64,000 nucleotides of DNA from Nanobdellota archaeon (GCA_030688225.1 JAUYIO010000021.1:12080-76079), one strand, 5' to 3'; counted from the first letter of the stretch, positions 48,883 through 59,014 are shown. Notes: generated by a model from the sequence alone, not told the origin. A program made the numbers and translations.

Positions 48883-49188
48883 ATGGAAAACGTATATGCG
48901 GCACTTTTGTTGCACAAACTTGGAAAAGAAGTCAATGAAGAGAATGTGAAGAAAGTTGTTGCAGCTGCTCTTGGAGAGGCAGGACAAGTAGATGAATCAA
49001 AAATCAAATCTCTTGTCGCAAGTCTGAAAGGTGTGGATATAGCAAAAGAACTTGAAAGTGCAAGTTTGGTTGCTGCTGCTCCGGTTGCAAGCGCTGGTGC
49101 GCAAGCAGGTGCAGAAAAGAAAGAAGAAAAACCTAAAGAAGAGAAGAAAGAAGCTGCGGCAGAAGGACTTAGTGCATTGTTCGGTTAA
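48883..49188 (+). CDS. rpl12: ribosomal stalk protein P1/L12
   Basis: YAALLLH...; Ala-rich hinge; GLSALFG. Confidence 0.96.
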   Translation: MENVYAALLLHKLGKEVNEENVKKVVAAALGEAGQVDESKIKSLVASLKGVDIAKELESASLVAAAPVASAGAQAGAEKKEEKPKEEKKEAAAEGLSALFG

Positions 49189-49298
49189 ATTATTATTTAA
49201 TGCGCTAAGTTCTGACTTTTTCTAGATGGAATCACAAAACAATTAATCTTATAACCTCCAATTTTCTAATTCTTCTATTCTAAATTTATTTACAAAAG

Positions 49299-51236
49299 AT
49301 GTGGAATTTATATCAAAGAGAGAAATTTCTTGAACCGTTGAAATTCTCCAACGGGAAAACGCAAGAAGATATTGTGAGAGAAGTTTTAGAAGCAATTAAA
49401 GAAGGAAATAAAATTATTTTTATTCATGGGGTCTGCGGGACTGGGAAAAGTGCAATTGCTTTGAACATAGCGAGAAATCTTGGAAAATCTTCAGTAATTG
49501 TTCCTGGAAAAACTTTGCAGAACCAATATAAGAGAGATTATGAAAATGAAAAATATCTTCTGAAGAATGATGGAAGCAAATTAAAAATCAGTGTCATAAC
49601 CGGGAGAAATAATCACAAATGTAAATTTCTTGAAGACAACAAAAATTCAATTCCTGTAATAAAAAAAGAAATTGATTCTAAACTACATGATATTTTCTCT
49701 GGAAAAAGAGAAGAAATTGAAGAAACGATTGCAGGAGATATTTCTGCAGATAATTCAAATCTCCCATGCAAAATAGAACTCAAAGAAAAAAATTGGAAGA
49801 AAATTATGCAGTATATAAAACAAAATAAAAAAAATAATTCTGGAAATTTTCTTGAGATGAAAGACGTTAGAAGAGTCCCTGTAGCAAGTGCATGTCCTTA
49901 TTGGAGTCCTGTTCTTCCAGAGAAATACGAGCTAAAAGATTTTGGGGAGAATAAAAAAAGAAAATTCAAAGGCATCGGTGGAGATTTTGTCTTTCACCAA
50001 GGAAAACCTGGCTGTAGTTTTTATGAGCAATTTCATTCATACATTGATGCAGATGTAATTGTTTTTAATTCTTGGAAATATAAATTTGAATCTATAATTG
50101 GAAGGAAGCCTTTAACAGAAGCTGAAATAATTGACGAAGGAGATGAATTTTTAGATAGTTTTGCAAATCAGAGAAGCTTAAACATTGACAGAGTTCAAAA
50201 CTCTCTCTTAGGAATTTCCGAAGGAGAAGATAACATTATGAGATTTAAAAATGAAATTCTTGAAACTATAAAAAATTTGAAGAAAGATGAAAGAATTCAA
50301 GAATCTGCTTCTTCAGGAGAAATCATTCCTTTAAAAGAAACAGGTGTTTATGATTTATTGACAAGAGTTGCAGACAATACTGAATTTTTAGATTGGATTG
50401 ATGAGGAGAGTTATCTTTTCCAGGTTAAAGAAACCAGCAGAATGTTTGACGAATTCTATAATGAGACTTATGTGACTTTTAGCAAGCAAGACAATAATCT
50501 CGTAGCTAGTCTTGTAACGACTAATCTTGAAAAGAGATTTGAAGAATTAGTAAGCAAAAACAAGATAATTATTTTTATGTCTGGAACGCTTCATTCTGAA
50601 AAAGTTTTAGAGGATATTTTTGGGTTAAAAGATTTCAAAAAAATAGATGCTGAAAAAGAACAGCAAGGAAGCATAAATGTTTTAAGAACAGGATATGAAA
50701 GAGATTACAAGTATGCTAATTTCTCCAACGGAAGATTCTCAAGAGAAGACTATCTTGATTCTCTAAACAGGTGTCTGGAGATTGCTGAGAAACCTGTTTT
50801 GGTTCATGTAAATGCATTTAGTGACTTGCCCTCTGAAGAGGAAATTAAAAAATTTAAATTAAAAAATTTAATAAGTTCAGAAAAATTGAAAGAACTTCAA
50901 TTTGGAGACAAAGAAAATTCTGCTATAAAAGAATTTAAAGATGGGAGAATAAAAGTTCTTTTCACAACAAAATGTGCAAGAGGAATTGATTTTCCTGGTG
51001 ACGAATGCAAGAGTATTTTATTCACAAAATATCCTAATCCTAATGTGCAGGATGCTTTCTGGAAAATACTTATGAAAACAAAACCACAACAGTATTGGGA
51101 CTTTTACAAGGACAAAGCGCGAAGAGAATTACTTCAAAAAGTTTATCGCGGTTTGAGATTTAAAGAGGACAAAGTTAATTTGCTTAGTCCTGATTCAAGA
51201 GTTTTGGATTTTTTTGAGAACGATAGAAATCTTTAA
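49299..51236 (+). CDS. SF2 helicase, DinG/XPD-like
   Basis: GVCGTGKS, IIDEGD, MSGT, RGIDFPG, KYPNP, LLQ.VYRGLR. Confidence 0.82.
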   Translation: MWNLYQREKFLEPLKFSNGKTQEDIVREVLEAIKEGNKIIFIHGVCGTGKSAIALNIARNLGKSSVIVPGKTLQNQYKRDYENEKYLLKNDGSKLKISVITGRNNHKCKFLEDNKNSIPVIKKEIDSKLHDIFSGKREEIEETIAGDISADNSNLPCKIELKEKNWKKIMQYIKQNKKNNSGNFLEMKDVRRVPVASACPYWSPVLPEKYELKDFGENKKRKFKGIGGDFVFHQGKPGCSFYEQFHSYIDADVIVFNSWKYKFESIIGRKPLTEAEIIDEGDEFLDSFANQRSLNIDRVQNSLLGISEGEDNIMRFKNEILETIKNLKKDERIQESASSGEIIPLKETGVYDLLTRVADNTEFLDWIDEESYLFQVKETSRMFDEFYNETYVTFSKQDNNLVASLVTTNLEKRFEELVSKNKIIIFMSGTLHSEKVLEDIFGLKDFKKIDAEKEQQGSINVLRTGYERDYKYANFSNGRFSREDYLDSLNRCLEIAEKPVLVHVNAFSDLPSEEEIKKFKLKNLISSEKLKELQFGDKENSAIKEFKDGRIKVLFTTKCARGIDFPGDECKSILFTKYPNPNVQDAFWKILMKTKPQQYWDFYKDKARRELLQKVYRGLRFKEDKVNLLSPDSRVLDFFENDRNL

Positions 51237-51262
51237 AACTATTTGATTAATTCTAATGATAT

Positions 51263-51342
51263 GCCTCCGGCGCATAACGGTCGTGCACCGGTCTTGAAAA
51301 CCGGGCCCTTTGGGCTACCAGGTTCGACTCCTGGCGGGGGCG
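51263..51342 (+). tRNA. tRNA-Ser(TGA)
   Basis: GCCTCCG/CGGGGGC-G; anticodon arm CCGGT-CT TGA AA-ACCGG; long variable arm GCCC-TTT-GGGC. Confidence 0.88.
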
Positions 51343-51383
51343 TTTTTAGAAATATTTAAAAAGAGATTTATTTCTAGAAAGTC

Positions 51384-51953
51384 ATGAATGCTCAAGATAA
51401 AGCAAGGCTTAATAGAAAACTGAAACCAAGAGTTTACAAGTATTCTAACGAGGAACTTGGTTCTGTAGGAATAAATTCTAGACTTATAATTCCTCACCCA
51501 GAATACGAATTAGAGATTAGTGGTACCCCGAAAAACCCAATTATCCAAAATACCGGGATTACTTTAGATTATTTATTTGAAAAATATAAAAAAACATTAG
51601 ACAAAGAAGAAAGAATTTGCGAAGAGGCTCTAGAAATTTTGAATAACCCTGAAGAAAGTTACCTTAAAATTTTAAATGGTTTTTCAGGTTATTGGAATCC
51701 TACGAAGTACCATACTTTTCACATCTCAGTTACACCTCTTGAAGAACAAGAATCTGAAAGAATATTAAATCTTATTCAAAAAAAAGGTTTGGGAAACATA
51801 TCTAAACACCAAAAAAGTACTAATAGTTTTTTAGAAAGAGTTATTCAAAAATTTAAAGGAAAAAATCCAAAAGAAAATATAGAGGATCCTTGGATGTTGA
51901 AAGGGTATGTTATGAATTTATGTTCTTTCTTAAAAGAAACGCTTGGGGATTAA
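51384..51953 (+). CDS. hypothetical protein
   Basis: 189-aa ORF downstream of the tRNA; no motif recognised. Confidence 0.6.
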   Translation: MNAQDKARLNRKLKPRVYKYSNEELGSVGINSRLIIPHPEYELEISGTPKNPIIQNTGITLDYLFEKYKKTLDKEERICEEALEILNNPEESYLKILNGFSGYWNPTKYHTFHISVTPLEEQESERILNLIQKKGLGNISKHQKSTNSFLERVIQKFKGKNPKENIEDPWMLKGYVMNLCSFLKETLGD

Positions 51954-52231
51954 TTTCTAAACCAACTTTTAATTCTTCTCCATAAAGAAAAATTTATACG
52001 AATAGGATTATCGTGTTCGTCCATTATAACGTATTTTATTTTTGGTTTTTCCTTCACAATTGGGGCTGCTGCTGCAAGTTCTTTATTAGCTTGTTCAAGT
52101 GCCTGAGTTACTTCAATTTTTGAATAGCCTTGACTAACGAGCGCCCATTTCAAAGAATCCTCTGTATAACCTTTTGTTAAATTTTTTTTAAAATAATCTA
52201 CAAGAACCCTTTTTGATTCGTATCTTGCCAT
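51950..52231 (-). CDS. hypothetical helical protein
   Basis: LVDYFKKNL.KGY....LKWAL..QGY motif. Confidence 0.7.
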   Translation of the reverse strand: MARYESKRVLVDYFKKNLTKGYTEDSLKWALVSQGYSKIEVTQALEQANKELAAAAPIVKEKPKIKYVIMDEHDNPIRINFSLWRRIKSWFRN

Positions 52232-52312
52232 AACAAAAATAGAAAGCTGAAGTTTAAAAAATTAGTTGTGATGATTTAGTTTAATCTTTTTTATTAATTC
52301 TAGCGAGCCCTA

Positions 52313-53008
52313 TTATTCACTTTTCGCAGGGGCACATACCCCAAAAGCATGGCCACCAACGACGTCGATCCAGCCGCCATCAACGCCCAAACTAGCGCCC
52401 AATCTGCCCAAGTCCCAGCTGCCGCTCAAGGCAGAGATTCTTGCTTTTTCTTCATCAACAGAATCAAAACTCCAAAGTTTAGGATTTTTCTTATATTTTG
52501 AAGCAACTTCTGTAATTTTTTGCGCACCTTCTTCTCCATATCTTGCAATAATGTAAGGATTTTTTTCTAATTCTCTTAAATTTTGTTCTCCAATTTTATA
52601 ACCAAATGGAACAAATTTTACATTAGAATCATTATATCGTAATCTCTTTATTAAAGAATCTTTGTTCATATCTAATTTTCCATTTGTTATTTTAGGATAA
52701 TGTTCAAGAATAACTCCGTTGTTGATTTCTTCATTTGATTTTGGAAGATAAATATTTCCTGTGAATTCCCAAAACCAAGCATCTTTTAGAATTTTAATTA
52801 TCTCTGATTCATATTCTCCCTTTCTATTTTGAAAAGCATCATAAACCAACGACGCTGTTTCAGGAGAATTTGGACGTTTCAACCCTTCTTTGTCTATTGC
52901 TTCTGCAACATTTCCATAAGTTCCTCTAAATGCAGGATACTGGAAAGTACGTTTTCCGTTTTCGTGTGGAATTTCCTCCAAATAAGATTTTCCTATTCTT
53001 GCTTTCAT
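52313..53008 (-). CDS. putative DGR target protein with a C-terminal variable region
   Basis: C-terminal SALSGSWDLG...VDGGWIDVVGGHAFGV encoded by GC-rich NNC/NNT codons. Confidence 0.65.
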   Translation of the reverse strand: MKARIGKSYLEEIPHENGKRTFQYPAFRGTYGNVAEAIDKEGLKRPNSPETASLVYDAFQNRKGEYESEIIKILKDAWFWEFTGNIYLPKSNEEINNGVILEHYPKITNGKLDMNKDSLIKRLRYNDSNVKFVPFGYKIGEQNLRELEKNPYIIARYGEEGAQKITEVASKYKKNPKLWSFDSVDEEKARISALSGSWDLGRLGASLGVDGGWIDVVGGHAFGVCAPAKSE

Positions 53009-53076
53009 ACATTTTCCATAAATTAAAAGTTTATAAACTTTTCTATTTTGTTGTCTTTAATAAGAAGTAACAATTA

Positions 53077-54561
53077 TTATATCTTAATTGGTTTTTTATC
53101 TTGATAAAATTTGACTGCCTGGTTAAGTCTTTGTTCTGATTCTGAGTAAATTGTCAGGAGAGGTTTGCCTTTTTTTACTTTTTCATTAACATGAGAATGG
53201 ATAAACAATCCTGCAGATTTATCTAAAGGACAACCTGTAATTCTTGCAAGAAAATTTATCTTTTTGTTGTCTATCTCCTTAATCTTCCCTGATTTTTTTG
53301 AAACAACGACATGACTTAATTTTGCCAACTTAATCCTGTTTAAATCTCCTCCTTGAGCCTCAATTATCTTTTTGAATTTTTCAAAAGCTTTTCCTGAAGA
53401 GAGAATTTCTTTTGCAAGTTGAATTCCTTTTCCTTTTTTTGATTTCCCAATCATCTCAAATATCTCTCCTGCAAGAAATAATGATTTTTTTTCCAAGTCT
53501 TTTGGAAGTCCTTGTTCATTTTTTAAGACCTTTATTACATCAGTGAGTTCAAGAGCAGGACCCACCCCGTTTCCAATTGGTTGACTGCCGTCAGTAAGAA
53601 TGCACTTAAGCTTCACTTTGAAAAATTTTCCAAGCTTCTCAAATTTATGCTTGAGCTGAATTGCTTGTTGTTTATTCGCTTTTGCAGATTTCCCATAAGG
53701 GATGTCTATAAGAATGTATTTACTTCCGACAGCAAGTTTTTTCGCCATTATAGAAGCTAATAATTGTGATTGCGGATCTATCCCAAGAGATTTTTCTATA
53801 CGAATTATTTTTGAGTCTGCAGGAACCATTCCCAAAGCTCCTCCCCACACCATACAAGCTTTTGTTTTTTTCAAGATTTTTTTTATTTGCTTTATTGAAA
53901 ATTCAACATTCGCTATCATCTCTATGACGTCTGCAGTTCCTGCAGCACTTGTTATTGCTCTTGAAGAAGTTTTTGGAAATACCAAACCACCAGCAGCTGC
54001 ACAAATAGATACCACAATAGGAGTTGTCCTGTTTCCTGCAACTCCTCCTATTGAATGTTTGTCTATCACAAATTTATCTTTTAATTTAAGCTTGTTCCCT
54101 GTTTTTAATATTGCTTTTATTAAGAAAGTTATTTCCTCCAAGTTCATTCCATTCTTATGCATGGCTGAAATAAAAAGTGCAATTTCTGATTCTGCAAGAG
54201 AATTATTTACGACATCGTCAATTATTTCTAAAATTTCTTTTTCAGAAAGAGTTTTTTTATTTAGTTTCTTTTTTATTGACTCAAGACTTTTTGGAGATTC
54301 TGCAAGATTGATATTTACTTTTTGCCCTGATTTTAATCCAAGTCTTTGTTTTAATTCATGAGAAACTGCAATTTCATTTTTCCTTACAACTCCTTTAGCA
54401 GTATCAATTATTGTTGTTATTTCTGTAGGACGCGTTGAGAAAGTTCTTATAGAAATTCTGTCGCTTGGGCGAACTCCTATCTCTTCTGCAGTTTTCTCGT
54501 TTAAAATCGCTACTGGAAATCCTGTGGACCACCATTTAAGAAGCTTTATTCTTAATTCCAT
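53077..54561 (-). CDS. AMP phosphorylase (thymidine phosphorylase family)
   Basis: Extra N-terminal domain; DKHSIGGV.GNRTT, KTSSRAITSAAGTAD, QPIG.G.GPALE. Confidence 0.93.
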   Translation of the reverse strand: MELRIKLLKWWSTGFPVAILNEKTAEEIGVRPSDRISIRTFSTRPTEITTIIDTAKGVVRKNEIAVSHELKQRLGLKSGQKVNINLAESPKSLESIKKKLNKKTLSEKEILEIIDDVVNNSLAESEIALFISAMHKNGMNLEEITFLIKAILKTGNKLKLKDKFVIDKHSIGGVAGNRTTPIVVSICAAAGGLVFPKTSSRAITSAAGTADVIEMIANVEFSIKQIKKILKKTKACMVWGGALGMVPADSKIIRIEKSLGIDPQSQLLASIMAKKLAVGSKYILIDIPYGKSAKANKQQAIQLKHKFEKLGKFFKVKLKCILTDGSQPIGNGVGPALELTDVIKVLKNEQGLPKDLEKKSLFLAGEIFEMIGKSKKGKGIQLAKEILSSGKAFEKFKKIIEAQGGDLNRIKLAKLSHVVVSKKSGKIKEIDNKKINFLARITGCPLDKSAGLFIHSHVNEKVKKGKPLLTIYSESEQRLNQAVKFYQDKKPIKI

Positions 54562-54562
54562 C

Positions 54563-55591
54563 TTATGATTTTACCAGCAATCCTGGGACTCTTTGATGTC
54601 TATAAACTTCAAGAATTACAAGAAGATAAGCAAGAATTAACGGCCCAAGTATTAATCCGAGAACCCCGAATAAAAATAATCCTCCTATCATACCTATCAA
54701 TATCACAGGAGATGTTATGCTTGTTCTTTTTGCGACAATAAGTGGTTTTATTATGTTGTCTATTGTTGAAGCAACAAGTCCGAAAAGAGCTACTCCTATT
54801 GCTGCGAAGTTATTTCCTCCTATCAGAAGATAAATGACAACAGGTATCCAGACTAGTCCTGTAGCTATTATAGGGAGAACACCTGCCAACACTGCAAGAA
54901 GGGAGAGAACTAATGCGTTAGAAACTCCGAATATGAAAAATCCTGCTCCTGCAATAATTCCCTGAATAATTCCGACGACAATTTGCCCGTAGATAACAGA
55001 ACTGGTTATTCCTTTTGTGTTATCAAATAGTTTTTTTTCAATTTCCGGAGGGAAAGGGAGAAGACTTTTTATGTATAAAACAAGTTGTTCTTTATCTCTT
55101 AAAACAAAAAAGAAAGTGAAAAACACCACAGAGATTTGCAATAATAATCTTGGAAAATCAAGAATCAAGTTTGCAAAAGAATTCATAAGTGAGTTTGACA
55201 CATTTGTTACAAAGGAATAAATTATTGAACCGACTTGTTGTGAAAATTCTTCAGATGCAAATAATGAAGGGAAAACTGATTTTAAGGGGGTTACAAAATC
55301 CATTTGCTGTGCGGCCAAATAAGTTTTGATTGATTGGTCTATGAGTATAGGAACTAAAAACCAGAAAGGAATTACTATGAGAAGTATGATTATTATGCAA
55401 ATTATTGAAACAGATAGATTTTTTGATTTGACAATCTTGACAAGTCTGTCATGAACAGGAGAGAAAACAAATGCAAGTATTAGTCCAAGAACTATTGAGA
55501 GTAAAATAGGTTTTAACAAGAAGAAAGACAAAACTATGAGGACTATTAACAATATAGCAGTTGTAATTCTTTTAAAAAAAGTTTCTTCCAT
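54563..55591 (-). CDS. AI-2E (PerM) family transporter
   Basis: Multi-TM; IDNII.P, GG..LFG..GLILGP. Confidence 0.88.
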   Translation of the reverse strand: MEETFFKRITTAILLIVLIVLSFFLLKPILLSIVLGLILAFVFSPVHDRLVKIVKSKNLSVSIICIIIILLIVIPFWFLVPILIDQSIKTYLAAQQMDFVTPLKSVFPSLFASEEFSQQVGSIIYSFVTNVSNSLMNSFANLILDFPRLLLQISVVFFTFFFVLRDKEQLVLYIKSLLPFPPEIEKKLFDNTKGITSSVIYGQIVVGIIQGIIAGAGFFIFGVSNALVLSLLAVLAGVLPIIATGLVWIPVVIYLLIGGNNFAAIGVALFGLVASTIDNIIKPLIVAKRTSITSPVILIGMIGGLFLFGVLGLILGPLILAYLLVILEVYRHQRVPGLLVKS

Positions 55592-55711
55592 TTATTATCA
55601 AGGGCGTTTAAATTTAAAAATGTTCTTATAGGAAAATTTATGTTGAAATCTTTGTTTTCTTAATAAAATTTCTGACGAAATGTTTATAAGCAAAATTGGG
55701 TAATAATTTTT

Positions 55712-56410
55712 ATGAACTTTATAAAAAAGATTTTTGAGGGAAAAATTGGTGAAGATGTTCATCTGCAGTTTCAAAAATTCAGCAAGGGAGAATTTCGTGA
55801 TAAGGCGTTGGTTAAAGCAAGAAGAACAGGAGGAAAATATACAATTACAACAACTCCTGAATTTGCAAATGAGATGGTTAGAAATGTTGCTGAAAAATTA
55901 GGGGAAAGAAAAACAAATGTTACTGGTGCGATTGTTTCTACGAGTGATTTGACTGGAAAAATTGACTTTAAAGAGAAAAAACAATTTCAAGAAGTTAAGA
56001 GATATTTGATTGATAAGGAAATGTCTGGGAGGGAGATAATTAATTTGCTTGATGAATTTCCAAAAACTTTTTTTGCATTAAGTTTTAAATCTGAAGATTC
56101 TGAATTAAAAATAAAACCTAAAGCTCCTAAATCTGCAAAGCCAGGCTCAAAAGGGGATGAAAGACCAAAACCGGATTTTTGCAAACTTATTACAACAGAT
56201 TCTGAATTAGGAAAGAGTTTTATTTTTGAGAAACCGGATTTCAAATCTGCAGATCTTAATCACACTTTTTTTATTGATGAGATAATTGCTCCTCAGGGAG
56301 AAAAAGATTTTGCAAAAATTAGAGAGGTGGCAAAGAGGAAAGGAAGAATTCTAAGAGAAGGAGAAATTGACGGGGAAAAGATTAGAGAGGAGAAGGGGTT
56401 TAGTGCTTAG
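55712..56410 (+). CDS. conserved hypothetical protein
   Basis: H.QF.KFSKG.F, KPK.PK, AKRKG.I.R motifs. Confidence 0.7.
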   Translation: MNFIKKIFEGKIGEDVHLQFQKFSKGEFRDKALVKARRTGGKYTITTTPEFANEMVRNVAEKLGERKTNVTGAIVSTSDLTGKIDFKEKKQFQEVKRYLIDKEMSGREIINLLDEFPKTFFALSFKSEDSELKIKPKAPKSAKPGSKGDERPKPDFCKLITTDSELGKSFIFEKPDFKSADLNHTFFIDEIIAPQGEKDFAKIREVAKRKGRILREGEIDGEKIREEKGFSA

Positions 56411-56439
56411 GAAGAGGGTGTGAGAGAGGAAAATATAAA

Positions 56440-56904
56440 ATGAAGATTAGTGAGTTACTAAATAAAAAGTGGACAAATCTATTGGATAATTTTAGGAATT
56501 TAGAAAATAATGGGTGCCCAGGCGTTTATATTTTAGCTTATACAGATAAAGACTTAGAAGGAAAATCTATCAAAATTGAAGACATATTTTATGTTGGTAT
56601 GACCAATTCTCGTGGAGGTTTAAAACAGAGATTAAATCAGTTTATTAGTGGTATTCATAAATGTTACGGACATAGTGCGGGAAATAGATTTTTTCAAGAC
56701 TATAGTAAAGGAAAATCTTTTGCTATTGCTAATCACAAAAAGAAGTTTTTTGTAGCTTCTTTGTCTTTTCCATGCAAAGTTCATAAAGATGAAAGAACAG
56801 CAGAAGATTTAAGGAAGATGGGAGAAGTGGCAAAGTTTGAATACGAGGTTTTAGCTTATATTAAAGAAAATTTGGGAAGAGAGCCTGAACTGAATAAAAA
56901 ATAG
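56440..56904 (+). CDS. GIY-YIG family nuclease
   Basis: PGVYIL...FYVGMT...LKQRL...E...PELN. Confidence 0.75.
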   Translation: MKISELLNKKWTNLLDNFRNLENNGCPGVYILAYTDKDLEGKSIKIEDIFYVGMTNSRGGLKQRLNQFISGIHKCYGHSAGNRFFQDYSKGKSFAIANHKKKFFVASLSFPCKVHKDERTAEDLRKMGEVAKFEYEVLAYIKENLGREPELNKK

Positions 56905-57036
56905 ACTGATTTTTCTGTTAAAAAATTATCCAAAATCGGACTCGTTTTCAATTCCCCAATAAGTAAGTTTTAAAAACCTACATTTTCTCAGTATTTTATT
57001 CCAGGGAAAACAAAATGTTATCCGCACTAATTAGAA

Positions 57037-57981
57037 ATGCCTACGAGAAAATCACCGAGGAAAGGAAGTCTGCAGTTTTGGCCAAGAAAAAGGGCCAGTA
57101 AATTCTTGCCTAGTGTAAACTGGGACGCGATTCATTCTGGAAAGAATATCAAAGGTTTCATATGTTACAAGGCTGGAATGATGTCTGCTTATGTAATGGA
57201 CAACACTGCTAATTCTCTGACAAAAGGGAAAAAAATTGTGGTTCCTGTCACAATTCTTGAATGTCCTTCTATGAAGATTTTTTCTGTGAGATTCTATAAA
57301 AATGGAATAGTTATGAAAGATATTCTTGCTGAAAATCTTGACAAAGAATTGAAAAAGAAAATAAAAATTCCAAGCAAGAAATCTTCTGGAAAAATTGAAG
57401 ATATAAAAGATTATGATGATGTAAGGATTATTGTTTATTCTCAGGTTAAAAAAACAAACATCAAGAAAACTCCTGACATGATTGAAGTTGGATTAAAAGG
57501 AAGCATTGAAGAAAAAATTAATTTTATCAAGGAAAATTTAAACAAAGAAATTTCTGTTTCAGAAGTTTTTGAAAATGGGAAACTTGTGGACTTGAGAGGA
57601 TTGACAACAGGAAGAGGACTTTCAGGACCTGTAAAAAGATTCGGAATAACCTTGAAATCGCATAAATCTGAAAAAGGTGTCAGAAGACCAGGAAGTTTAG
57701 GGCCTTGGCATCCTGCAAGAGTTACTTTCAGAGCTCCGATGGCTGGACAACTTGGAATGTTCACAAGAGTTATTTACAACAACAAAATAATTGACATTGG
57801 TTCTGCAGGAAAAGATGGAAAATTCAAAGGCATAAAAAATTTTGGAGACATTAAAACAGATTACATCGTCGTGAATGGCTCAATTCAAGGACCTTCAAAA
57901 AGACAATTATTAATTACTGCTCCCTTAAGGGAAACTAAAAAGCAATTAAAAAAGAATTTTGAATTGGTGGAATTGAAATGA
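57037..57981 (+). CDS. rpl3: ribosomal protein L3
   Basis: PRKGSLQFWPRKR, YKAGM, GSLGPWHP, AGQLG. Confidence 0.97.
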   Translation: MPTRKSPRKGSLQFWPRKRASKFLPSVNWDAIHSGKNIKGFICYKAGMMSAYVMDNTANSLTKGKKIVVPVTILECPSMKIFSVRFYKNGIVMKDILAENLDKELKKKIKIPSKKSSGKIEDIKDYDDVRIIVYSQVKKTNIKKTPDMIEVGLKGSIEEKINFIKENLNKEISVSEVFENGKLVDLRGLTTGRGLSGPVKRFGITLKSHKSEKGVRRPGSLGPWHPARVTFRAPMAGQLGMFTRVIYNNKIIDIGSAGKDGKFKGIKNFGDIKTDYIVVNGSIQGPSKRQLLITAPLRETKKQLKKNFELVELK

Positions 57982-58772
57982 AATCAAAAATATTAACTAT
58001 TGACGGAAAAGAAAAAGGAACAGTTGAACTTCCGAAATGTTTTTCACAGCCTGTAAGAGAAGACTTGATTATGAAAGTTCTTGAAGCTAAAAAAAGAAAA
58101 CAGCCTTATGCTCCGTCGCTGGTTGGAGGGAAACAATCTTCTGCAAGTGGAAAATTAGTTCATAGAAGACATGTTTGGAAATCTCAGTATGGGAGAGGAA
58201 TGTCAAGAGTTCCAAGAAAATCTCTTTCACGAAGAGGAACACAATTTAACTGGGTTGGTGCAGAAGTTCCTAACACAAGAGGTGGAAGAAGAGCTCATCC
58301 TCCAAAAATTATTGGAATGATTAACACGAATAAAATAAACAAGAAAGAAGAAAAAATAGCTTTAATGTCTGCAATAAGTGCGACTGCAAATGAAAAAATG
58401 ATAAATAAAAAATATGAAAAAATAGACCATGCAAAAAATCTTCCTTTGATTGTTGAGTCAGGAATAACAAAATTAAAAACAAAAGAATTGCTTTCTTCAC
58501 TAAAGAAAATTTTAGGAGAATTGTTTGAAGTTGCTCTGCAGAAAAAGAAAGTGAGAAGTGGAAAAGGAAAATTAAGGGGAAGAAAATACAAGAAGAATGC
58601 AGGATTGCTTCTTGTCGTAGGAAAAGATGAAAAAATAAAAACAAGTGCTTTTGATATTTCAGATGTAAAAAGTCTTGGAATCAACGACGTTGCCAAAGGT
58701 GGTGCTGGAAGATTAACTATTTACACTGAAAATGCAATTAAAAATCTTGGAGAGAGGTTTAAAGAAAAATGA
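57978..58772 (+). CDS. rpl4: ribosomal protein L4
   Basis: GRGMSRVPR, GGRRAHPPK, GRLTIYT. Confidence 0.97.
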   Translation: MKSKILTIDGKEKGTVELPKCFSQPVREDLIMKVLEAKKRKQPYAPSLVGGKQSSASGKLVHRRHVWKSQYGRGMSRVPRKSLSRRGTQFNWVGAEVPNTRGGRRAHPPKIIGMINTNKINKKEEKIALMSAISATANEKMINKKYEKIDHAKNLPLIVESGITKLKTKELLSSLKKILGELFEVALQKKKVRSGKGKLRGRKYKKNAGLLLVVGKDEKIKTSAFDISDVKSLGINDVAKGGAGRLTIYTENAIKNLGERFKEK

Positions 58773-59014
58773 CTACCTTAAAACCGATTATAACTGAAAA
58801 AGCAGTGATGATGATTGAAAGAGAAAATGTTTTGACATTCGTATTAGACAAAAATATGGACAAAGATGAAATCAAAAAAGAAGTTGAAGAAATTTTCAAC
58901 GTGAAAGTTGAGAAAATTAGAACATTGATTAGAGGAAATAAAAAACAAGCTTATGTTAAATTAAAAAAAGAATTTCCAGCTATTGACTTGGCTACGAAAT
59001 TGGAGTTAATATAA
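58769..59014 (+). CDS. rpl23: ribosomal protein L23
   Basis: P.ITEKA....E.N.LTF, K.AYVKL. Confidence 0.95.
   Translation: MTTLKPIITEKAVMMIERENVLTFVLDKNMDKDEIKKEVEEIFNVKVEKIRTLIRGNKKQAYVKLKKEFPAIDLATKLELI

Noticed and set aside
51263-51342. Selenocysteine or opal-suppressor tRNA
   Set aside because: The anticodon is TGA (reads UCA, Ser), not TCA; TGA acts as a normal stop throughout the window
51263-53008. Integrated element at tRNA-Ser
   Set aside because: No integrase and no duplicated tRNA 3' end (att site) was seen downstream
53702-54361. 219-aa plus-strand ORF (and similar antisense ORFs at 2074-2604, 42011-42508, 43490-43891)
   Set aside because: Antisense shadows of well-identified genes; F/S/I-rich composition expected from the reverse complement of K/E-rich coding DNA
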